The notes beneath the pieces were generated by a model, which saw nothing but the letters and a program-made list of their open reading frames with translations, had not been told where the DNA came from and searched no databases. DNA of 64,000 bases from an uncultured bacterium (GTDB lineage: Bacteria; Patescibacteriota; Minisyncoccia; UBA6257; 2-01-FULL-56-20), in assembly GCA_963718515.1 (NCBI GenBank), contig OY970354.1, positions 302,363 through 366,362 of the forward strand. The letters are read 5' to 3'. The translations under genes and the position numbers were made by a program. Positions 36,825 to 45,100 of this stretch are shown here, one piece after another. Position 1 is the first letter of the stretch. Each line of letters starts with the position of its first letter.

Positions 36825-36852
36825 TTGACAATTTATTTATATATGCTATTAT
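36825..36852 (+). promoter_or_regulatory. sigma70-type promoter TTGACA - 16 nt - TATTAT
   Basis: The sequence is aTTGACAatttatttatatatgcTATTATg. The downstream leader carries an AGGAG Shine-Dalgarno before the ATG at 36898. Confidence 0.5.
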
Positions 36853-36897
36853 GTTATTCGGATTGGGGGCAAAAAGTCCCTGATAAAGGAGAAAAAA

Positions 36898-37170
36898 ATG
36901 AAGCTCTTTGTTTGTGCTTTTATGGCTTTGACCATCGTCTCAAGCGCACCAAGGTTCGCGCATGCGGCTTCGAACAATCAGCAACCCACCGTCCATGCGG
37001 CCCTCCCGACCGTGGCTGTCGCAACGGCTCGTACCTTCGGCAAGCCTGCCAAAGTCCGTGCGGCCCTTCTGCCGAGCACAACGCTCGTGGCGCCGCTCGC
37101 GCAGAACCTCGGGCGAGTTGCCTCGGTGAACCTGCCGGCCGCCGTTCCCACGCCGACCCGGAAGTACTAG
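36898..37170 (+). CDS. small secreted protein (90 aa)
   Basis: Shine-Dalgarno plus signal peptide MKLFVCAFMALTIVSSAPRFAHA|A. The mature part is A/P/T-rich. Confidence 0.55.
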   Translation: MKLFVCAFMALTIVSSAPRFAHAASNNQQPTVHAALPTVAVATARTFGKPAKVRAALLPSTTLVAPLAQNLGRVASVNLPAAVPTPTRKY

Positions 37171-37235
37171 GCCGCGAGCGCGGCCCACAACCCCACCCCT
37201 CAGAAATTGACGGGTGGGTTTTTCTTTATCTATTT

Positions 37236-38600
37236 TTAATTCGTGATCGTTGCAATATCTTGCTGGAATGTCTGCGCTTGTTCAACGATCGCTTCGCCAT
37301 ACGTCCAGAGATAATTTCTCCATCCGCTTCCGGCATAATATTTTGCAGCAGTGCATCGCTCTATATCCGGCATCGCGGTATAGTCCGCCTCACAACCCTG
37401 CATCGCGCCCTTTAGATAGAGCGCGGTGGCGACGAACGCGTCCGCGTTGCTCCATGGTGACGGGGGATTGTCGCCGGTGATCGATGCAATGCTCGATACG
37501 TACAGTTCCCACGTTGACGGCTCGAATTGCGCCGGACCCATCGCGCCGCCATACACGCCGTCTGCGTTGGGGCATGATACAAGCATGTCCGCGGGATTCA
37601 ATCCAAGCTGTTGGACGATCTGGAGGAACACGGGAATATTCGCCGGGCTCATCGCCGTCTTATAACTGCACTGCCCCACGTTCTGGCCCAGCGCCGATTC
37701 GCGGTCGAGCACCGCGAGTATGAGCGGGGTTGGCACGCCGGTCGCTTGCGAAGCGACCTGCCCGTATTGGTATGCCTGTTCAAAGGTAAGCGATCCGCCA
37801 CCAAGCAGTTGGAAAATCTGGTTGCGGATCTGCGCCGCCGTTTGCTTGGTCTGCGTGACGAGCGTCTGATACGCCGACTCGTTGCTCTTTGTCTGGGCAA
37901 GCAGTTGGTTCTCCTGGGTCTTGGTTGAGGCAACCTGCTGGGCCTGTGCGGATGCGTACGCAATCGCGGTGGCCGCCGCGCTTTGGGAGGTGGCGAGCTG
38001 TTGGTCTTGCGTTTGAAGCTGTCCCGACAAGGTATTCAATTGCGTAACGTCGGCACTTAAATTTCCCTCGAACAGAGAGATGTTTTCCGTTTCATCCCAT
38101 AGGTCCGACAATTGGGGATGCTGGAGAAACGATTCGATCAGGCTTGTCTGGTCGCTCTCATAGAGCGATTGCAGAAGGCCGCCGATGGTCGTCTTTTTAT
38201 CCGCAACCTGCCCGGCGGTGACGGATATTTGCGATTGCGTATCGGTGATCTGGCTGTTGATCTCGTCGAGCGTCAGGTTGGTCGCCTGGATCTGCAGATT
38301 GAGCTTTGCGATCTGGGTATTCAATTCGGCGATCGCACCACTTAAACTGGAACCTTTTTGTTGGTCCGCGGTGATCTGGGTCTGGTATTGGTCGATCTGC
38401 CCTTCAAGTGTGGCGAGCTGGGATTCAAGCGCCGCCTGTTTTTGTGCGGTTGTTTCTGTGCTCGTCGCGGTCGTTGTGTTCTCGTCCGTTGCCGTTTGGG
38501 CGAGCGCTTTCATCACAAAAAAAGAAAAAAAAGACATGGCGATGATTGATGCCGCTCCGCCCGCAATGACAAAAAGATAAGGATGTTTGAAGGGCTTCAT
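37236..38600 (-). CDS. secreted coiled-coil protein with C-terminal lytic-transglycosylase-like (SLT) domain
   Basis: N-terminal TM/signal, about 270 aa of Q/T-rich coiled coil, then LILAVLDRESALGQNVG...GPAQFEPSTWELY (SLT catalytic Glu-Ser context). Confidence 0.65.
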   Translation of the reverse strand: MKPFKHPYLFVIAGGAASIIAMSFFSFFVMKALAQTATDENTTTATSTETTAQKQAALESQLATLEGQIDQYQTQITADQQKGSSLSGAIAELNTQIAKLNLQIQATNLTLDEINSQITDTQSQISVTAGQVADKKTTIGGLLQSLYESDQTSLIESFLQHPQLSDLWDETENISLFEGNLSADVTQLNTLSGQLQTQDQQLATSQSAAATAIAYASAQAQQVASTKTQENQLLAQTKSNESAYQTLVTQTKQTAAQIRNQIFQLLGGGSLTFEQAYQYGQVASQATGVPTPLILAVLDRESALGQNVGQCSYKTAMSPANIPVFLQIVQQLGLNPADMLVSCPNADGVYGGAMGPAQFEPSTWELYVSSIASITGDNPPSPWSNADAFVATALYLKGAMQGCEADYTAMPDIERCTAAKYYAGSGWRNYLWTYGEAIVEQAQTFQQDIATITN

Positions 38601-38614
38601 TGTCTCGCTAAATA

Positions 38615-39877
38615 TCAGGTCGAGATCACTACTTTCGATACCGCAAAGATACTTCTCAGCGTATAGTGGGCGGAGAAGCTGATGTCATCGCCGTCCGTGA
38701 TATACGGATCGCGCATGATATAGTTGCCTCTGCTCCCGCTCACCAAAACGACGAAGTGTGTGCCGCCGTAAGCGTTCAAACCCACGATCACCGGGTTGCC
38801 GGTTGCGAGTGTCGCGTCGATCGTCGTCGTTTTGCGCGTCGCGGTCACGCCGGCGACGTTGATGGTGGTCAGGAGATCCGCCGGATAGTACGCCGCAAAG
38901 TTCGCGGGATTCTCATTGATCGTCACGGGTGTCACGCTTGGATAGCCATAGTGCGTCATCACCATCGCCATCGCCGTCACAAGGCATCCGTCGGCCGCGA
39001 GCTTATAGCTCGTGCCGTCGAGTGGATCGTTGCCCCACGCGGAATCGCGCTGGTTATAATAACAGCCCCATGCGTCGCAGATGGTCTGGTTGCCGTTCAG
39101 TGCGGAGCCTCCGGCATTCGCGGCGAATGTGGAGAAGCTTGCGAGTTGCGCCTGGGCTGCCGCGAGCAACTTTTCATACGTCGCCTCCTGGGAGTTCGTT
39201 TCGGTGAGGAGCTGGCTTTTTGATTGCTCCGTCTGGGTGAGCGATTGCTGTTGTGATGCGAGCGATTGCTGTTGTGACGTGAGAGTGCTCTGCTCCTGTT
39301 GTGATGCGGTTTCTGAGCTCGAGAGATTATTTTCTTGAGACTTCAGCGTTTGCATCTCATTTTCGACGCCTTCCTGCATCTGCAGGGTCGCATTCACGTC
39401 GCTCCACGCTTCCACGAGGCTACCCGACGAAAGCATTTGCTCTATCAATGATTTTCCGTCCGCCTTTTGGAGGAGCCGGAGATAATCGCCGAGCGTGGTT
39501 TGATCCGACGCGATCGATTGCTGGGCATTCGTGATCTCACCCCCTAGTTCTTGGATCTGCAATTGCGTGACGTTTATCTCCGTCTGGGTTGCGGCCACTT
39601 GTGCTTCTACTTTGCTCCGCTGGAGATCGAGTCCATTGATCGCTTGCTGGAGGGTCTTCTTATTGGCGCCAACTTGCTGGATCTCTGCTTCGTAGGTGGC
39701 GATCTGCTGATTAAGTGTGCTGATCTGTTGGTTGTTGACGTTGATCTCCGCCTGCAGGGAGCTTGTGGATTGGCCTGTGCTTGTGGCGGTCGGCGTTGCG
39801 GCCACCTGCGCTTCGGCCACCGTGCCTACCGTAACCGCAATAAACGCCATAAATACGCCAATAAAGAGTTTTTTCAT
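38615..39877 (-). CDS. secreted coiled-coil protein with C-terminal papain-like (C39-like/CHAP-like) peptidase domain; PcsB-like architecture
   Basis: Signal peptide, about 230 aa of coiled coil, then ...YKLAADGCLVTAMAMVMTHYGY...GGTHFVVLVSG...RDPY (Cys...His arrangement). Confidence 0.6.
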   Translation of the reverse strand: MKKLFIGVFMAFIAVTVGTVAEAQVAATPTATSTGQSTSSLQAEINVNNQQISTLNQQIATYEAEIQQVGANKKTLQQAINGLDLQRSKVEAQVAATQTEINVTQLQIQELGGEITNAQQSIASDQTTLGDYLRLLQKADGKSLIEQMLSSGSLVEAWSDVNATLQMQEGVENEMQTLKSQENNLSSSETASQQEQSTLTSQQQSLASQQQSLTQTEQSKSQLLTETNSQEATYEKLLAAAQAQLASFSTFAANAGGSALNGNQTICDAWGCYYNQRDSAWGNDPLDGTSYKLAADGCLVTAMAMVMTHYGYPSVTPVTINENPANFAAYYPADLLTTINVAGVTATRKTTTIDATLATGNPVIVGLNAYGGTHFVVLVSGSRGNYIMRDPYITDGDDISFSAHYTLRSIFAVSKVVIST

Positions 39878-39998
39878 GATATCTGGTCTACTATTTATAC
39901 AATTTCCTCTATAGAAATATTATACTCCGAAATTATCCTTTCCGTCTTTGCTATACTTATAACAAGTAGTTTCAAGGTCGAAAGCGTTCATTATAACA

Positions 39999-40391
39999 AT
40001 GGATCAAACAAATAATGGCATCGTTCCCAAGCAGGGATGGTCATGGGGTGCTTTTGCGCTGAATGCGTATTTCCTTATCGCAGTAAAGCGGTATAAATTC
40101 CTTTGGTGGTTTCTTCTTGCAGTCATCCCATTCGTGAATATCGTTTTCTGGATAGTGTTTTTGATCTACCTCGGGATAAAAGGTCACGAGATCGGTGCAG
40201 GCGGAACCCAATTCGCAAATCAAAGCGAATATGATGGATATATGAAGGGCACCGACCATGCGGGTAAAGTAGCCTTCTTTATAGGACTCGCCGCCGCTGT
40301 TCTTGCGATAATCTTTGTCATCGTAGGAATTTCCCTCGGAGGTTTCCATGGGATGAATTCGACAACGCCGACAGGGCCCGGTGGATATTAG
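39999..40391 (+). CDS. small membrane protein (130 aa)
   Basis: Two or three hydrophobic helices. No motif recognised. Confidence 0.45.
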   Translation: MDQTNNGIVPKQGWSWGAFALNAYFLIAVKRYKFLWWFLLAVIPFVNIVFWIVFLIYLGIKGHEIGAGGTQFANQSEYDGYMKGTDHAGKVAFFIGLAAAVLAIIFVIVGISLGGFHGMNSTTPTGPGGY

Positions 40392-40475
40392 GGCGGGTAA
40401 GTAAGGCGGGTCGCATCGAAAGAGAAAATAAAAAACCGCGCGCTTGGCATTCCAGGTCCGCGGTTTTTTATTACT

Positions 40476-40604
40476 TTACTTCTTCCGTCCACGTCTCTTC
40501 TTTGCCTTTGCTTCAAGCATGACCCGCTTTGCCTCCAAACGCTTCTTGGTCTTTTTGGAGCTCGTCGTTTGCCCCGTTATCCAGCCTCCCTTTCTTTTTG
40601 CCAT
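40476..40604 (-). CDS. possible 42-aa highly basic micro-protein (not in ORF track)
   Basis: The minus strand encodes MAKRKGGWITGQTTSSKKTKKRLEAKRVMLEAKAKKRRGRKK*. A hairpin (aaccgcg...cgcggtt) lies just downstream at 40434-40470. Confidence 0.3.
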   Translation of the reverse strand: MAKRKGGWITGQTTSSKKTKKRLEAKRVMLEAKAKKRRGRKK

Positions 40605-40650
40605 GATAATTATTGTTAATAGTTATTTGATTCAATTATAGCAGATTTTT

Positions 40651-42045
40651 TCAATTTGGCACGCAGGCCACTGTGCCTCCAGGAGTTTGATTGCAGGAAC
40701 CGGAAACGGTGCCATTGGGGGTGGTGAACGAGCATAAGGCACCGGAAGATTTTCCACTGCACGCGTCTATCGCTGGTTGCGGTGGTGTTTGGCCAGCGCC
40801 GGCTCCTGCGCTCGAACCAGCGGCGCTACCTCCGCCGGAAGCGCTGACGTTCGCGCTACCCATCTGCATTCCGCCCATCGAACTCTGCCCGTTTGCGCCC
40901 GGCTTCGGTTCGTACGAGGTGCCCCGGAAGCAGCTCACCGAGTAAGGGAAGTCCTGCGTCATTACGTAGTGATACGTGTCGACCATCGTGCCGTTCATAT
41001 CCACGTCGCTCGTGATGCCGTGGCATTCGTCGAGGTCCGCGGTCGTCAAATATTTTCCCGGCGCAACCTCGGGCCCCGTGATCGGGAATCCGTCGAATGC
41101 CCATCCAATCACGTTCGTCTCGGTGGCATCAGGGATGCACGAGCTCAAGTCGTGATAGTGGTACATGCCTCCTTCGTGCGGATGCCCGTCGCACGAATCC
41201 AATATTTCATGCGCGGCGGCGTCGCGATATTCCGCGTCGAACGCATCGAGCAGCAGCACGCCGTTCGTCATGATGCCCACCTCGCCGTAAATACAGCTTG
41301 GCGCGGGCGCGATGCTCGGATTGGCCGGCAGTGACACGGAAATAGTTTGCGCCTCAATGGAGTTGGGATTGCTGTCGTACTGGTACGCGGGATCGCTCGA
41401 TTGTATGGGGAAGATGCCGGTTGTGCCCGTTGTCGGCAGGTCATTGCTCGCGATCGTGCGTGTGGAACCATCCACGGTGATGTGTACATATGCTTGTGGC
41501 CATGAGACGGAGCCTTCGACGGATATTTTTTCGCTACTGTTCCACGTGCTTGTGCCGACCCACGGTCCATTATTCTGGGCTCCGCCGCCACCTTGCGCGA
41601 CGTTGCATAAATAGACATAGCCCTTTTTTGGAGCGGCCGTGGTGTACTTGTAATCGCCGAGCGGCAAGACGCCATCGGCGTAGGGATTGCTCGCCATCGC
41701 AAGCAGGTCGGCCTGGCTCAATCCGGTGGTGCCGGAGCTGGTACCGGTGGTTGTGCTGGCAATCGTGGAGATCGTCTGACTTACCGCCTTTTGATTTGTG
41801 GAGGAAGTCGTTACCATAACGACGGGTGTGGTGCTCGCTATCTGATCAAGATCATTTTGTTCTTGCGATGTTTGAGTATTCACTTCTTGCTGGACCCGCT
41901 CTGCCTGTTGTATGGCGCCTGTGCCCGTCTGTGTCGCATGCTCCGATTGCTGGAAATATTTTAAGTAAACACTGCCTCCGGCAAGGAGCGCGACGACAGC
42001 CACCACGATAAGGAGCTCAAGCAGGGCAAACCCTTTTCGATGCAT
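40651..42045 (-). CDS. pilin-like protein fused to a YHYH-motif domain
   Basis: The internal start MHRKG|FALLELLIVVAVVALLAGG is a prepilin signal; the ORF-track start at 42165 is rejected. The C-terminal region has DGHPHEGGMYHYHD (YHYH-domain-like) and a G/S-rich tail with four Cys. Confidence 0.7.
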   Translation of the reverse strand: MHRKGFALLELLIVVAVVALLAGGSVYLKYFQQSEHATQTGTGAIQQAERVQQEVNTQTSQEQNDLDQIASTTPVVMVTTSSTNQKAVSQTISTIASTTTGTSSGTTGLSQADLLAMASNPYADGVLPLGDYKYTTAAPKKGYVYLCNVAQGGGGAQNNGPWVGTSTWNSSEKISVEGSVSWPQAYVHITVDGSTRTIASNDLPTTGTTGIFPIQSSDPAYQYDSNPNSIEAQTISVSLPANPSIAPAPSCIYGEVGIMTNGVLLLDAFDAEYRDAAAHEILDSCDGHPHEGGMYHYHDLSSCIPDATETNVIGWAFDGFPITGPEVAPGKYLTTADLDECHGITSDVDMNGTMVDTYHYVMTQDFPYSVSCFRGTSYEPKPGANGQSSMGGMQMGSANVSASGGGSAAGSSAGAGAGQTPPQPAIDACSGKSSGALCSFTTPNGTVSGSCNQTPGGTVACVPN

Positions 42046-42153
42046 CGTCTTTATTATAGCAATTTTGTGGTCGTTCAAGCCCCGTTTTTGTCCCAAACCC
42101 CCCGCATAAAGGTATTTCTGATATACTAGAGGATGTAGATACAGGACAATGAA

Positions 42154-45100
42154 ATGAAAAAACATCTCACCATTTTAGTTTTCGTTCTCGCTCTTGGGAT
42201 TTTCTCTCTCTCGCTCCCCAAAGCCTACGCCGCCATCACGCTTGTGGCCACGACCAGTGTCCAAAGCGGTACCACCCCCGCGATAAACACTAATGGCTCC
42301 TCGCTTATTGTCGTCGTCACCGCTTCTTATAGTGCGGCGGCGACCGTGACCGACAATATGGGCAATACCTGGTATGGATTGAACACGTATTATGCCTCTG
42401 ACAACAGCAGGTTTATAAAGATCTATTACGCTTACACTCCTCTTACCAGTCCGACCCAAACCTTCACCTGCGGGAGCAGTAATGGATTTGATTATCCGGC
42501 CTGTGTCGTGTCGGCATGGTCGGGAACAGCTACTACCTCCGCTGTCTTTGATACCCAGAACGGCTCTAGCAGTGCTAGCAATATAACTTCTTTGGGGATC
42601 GGATCCATTACCCCCGCTTCCACGAACGAACTGCTCATCGCAGGGTTCAGCGGTTCGACCTGTTTTACCGGAACCAATATGTCCATCAATTCCGGTTTTT
42701 CTATCTTTGGCACCGCAGGAGGCGCGTGTGGTAGTGGAGAGCTTGCGTACGGTGCCGACCTCTTGGATGCTAATACATCTGCGATTTCCCCAACATGGTC
42801 ATGGATGACTGCCAATGCCGGCAACGCAGCAACCATTGCCGCCTTCGCTCCCGCCTCAGGCGGCGGCTCCTCCACCTCGACCCCTGCCACCTCCACCCTC
42901 ACGCTCTCGAACGGGGGCAATGGCTCTGTCGTAAGTTCTCCCTCAGGCATCAATTGCGGAAGCACCTGCTCCATTGTTGTTAACAACGGCACCCAGGTGA
43001 CGCTGACTGCAACTCCTACCTCCGGCTACACCACAAGCTGGAGCAACTGCGGATCAACCACCAGTGGCAACACCTGTACCCTCACGATCAATGCGAATAG
43101 CACCGTAAGCGTCTCTTTTACTCCCCCTGACACCACTCCACCCTCCGTCCCTCCCAATCTTTCCGCAAATGCCATCTCTTCAAATCAAATCAACCTCTCT
43201 TGGACCGCCTCAACAGACAACGTAGGCGTCACCGGATACAAGATATATAGAGGAGGCACACAAATCGGCACCTCAGCCACTAATAGTTATACGGACTCAG
43301 GTCTCTCTGCATCCACCCTCTATACCTACACCGTATCCGCCTATGACGCCGCAGGCAACAACAGTGCCCAATCAACCTCTGCAAGTGCGACGACGGAGGC
43401 AAACAGTGGAAGCACCCCCACCGGTTCCTGGTCCAATATCCTCTCTCCCAATCGTGCCATCAACTGGTCAAGCGCGGGACTTCCCGCAACCTTCCCTGAC
43501 GGGGAGACCACGCCCAATCCCTGGACACCGCCTGCGAGGACGCAGTGTACTACGATCGCCCCGCTTGGTGGCGGCCAAGATGACGCTCCGCAAATTAAAA
43601 ACGCCGTCGCGGGATGTGCCGCGGGCACGTACGTCCTGCTCGACCCAGGAACGTTCACGATAGGATCCAGTTTATATCTTTCCCCGGGTTATACGTCCGG
43701 TCACAACAATGTCACAGTGCGCGGGAGTGGAGCGCAAGGCACTAAGTTACAGGTGGGTAGTGCAGGATCCATTAATATAGGCGCCGCGAGCGGCGGGGGA
43801 ACGGATACGCTTACATCAGGTTCCAACTATGCGCAGGGGAGCACTTCAGTGATTGTCACGGGCTCCCAACCGCCAGTAAACCAACCTGCCTGGTTCAGCC
43901 AGTGCGATACGGGTTACTCCGGATCGGGTTGCGCAACCGGATCAGCCGCAGATAATGGCGGCTTGTGGATCTGCGGTACGCAAACCATTTGCAGTAATCA
44001 AAGCGCGAATGGCAGCAACCATAACCATCAGCAACAAATTGTTCTTATAAAATCGGTCGTCAACAATGGCAATGGTACCTACGCCGTAACTTTCACCCCC
44101 GGCCTCTATATGCCGAACTGGTCGTATGCGCAAAGTCCCACCATGAGTTGGAACGATCCCACATATACCGCCATAGGTATGGGAATCGAGGACCTCACGG
44201 TTGATTTTACTTCCGGCAGTAACAACTACGGCTCTTTCGGATTTAACGAGGCGTACGCCTCGTGGGTCAAGGGGGTGCGATTCATCGGTCCGAGCGCCGG
44301 GAGTTGCTGCCAAATCACATTGGCCAATCTCAGCAAGTCTCTCTTCGCGAATAATTATACTTTTGATAATAATCCAGCAAATCTTTCCGGTGGAGGATTG
44401 ACGATCGCGTGGGGGAGCGACTCCGATGTGTTGATGATCAATAATCTCATGCAGGGCGGTGGCATCAACAGTATTGAGGGCACTGGCGACGATTCGGGAA
44501 ACGTTCTGGCCTACAATTATTCTCTCGACAATGTTACGAGCCAAGTGTATAACGGGGACGCCGAGCATTCGGCATCGCCGAACTTCATCCTGCGGGAAGG
44601 CAATGAGTTCGGAATGTCGGAGGACGATGCCACGTGGGGAACGCATGATTTCGATACTTGGTTTCGCAACTACTATTCCTGTGATGATCCGCCCTACTTG
44701 GGAGAGGCCGCCCCGCGCGGGATAGTTATCGATAACTACGCCCGGTTTGAAAACGCGATCGGTAACGCTCTTGGTGGTTCGAACGGATGCACGAGTTATC
44801 AAGGTTACGGCTCTTCGCCTTTTATTTTTGGATTTGGTGCCAGCGACCCGCTTGCACAAAGTACGGCCATGCGCTGGGGCAACTGCGATACAGTGACGGG
44901 AAGCTGCCGTTTCCAAAGTTCCGAAGTACCGGCATCGCTCAGCGGTAATGCGGCTCCCTTCGAAAACTCCGTTCCTTCCGTCGATACTTTACCCTGTTCG
45001 TTCTTTTTGCCCGGATATTCTTCACCGAATTGTACTCCTCATCCGGATGGCGGTACCGGCCTCAGCTGGTGGAAGATCTGCACCAATTGGACGACATTCC

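Noticed and set aside
43942-44916. A 324-aa antisense ORF inside the second giant gene, plus many similar 60-170-aa antisense or off-frame ORFs in both giant genes (for example 7793-8080, 11237-11692, 42492-42992, 46519-46974).
   Set aside because: They lie entirely within long plus-strand ORFs that encode recognisable domains. Their sequences are low-complexity Arg/Pro/Gly-rich mirror translations with no start context. They are best explained by codon and composition bias.
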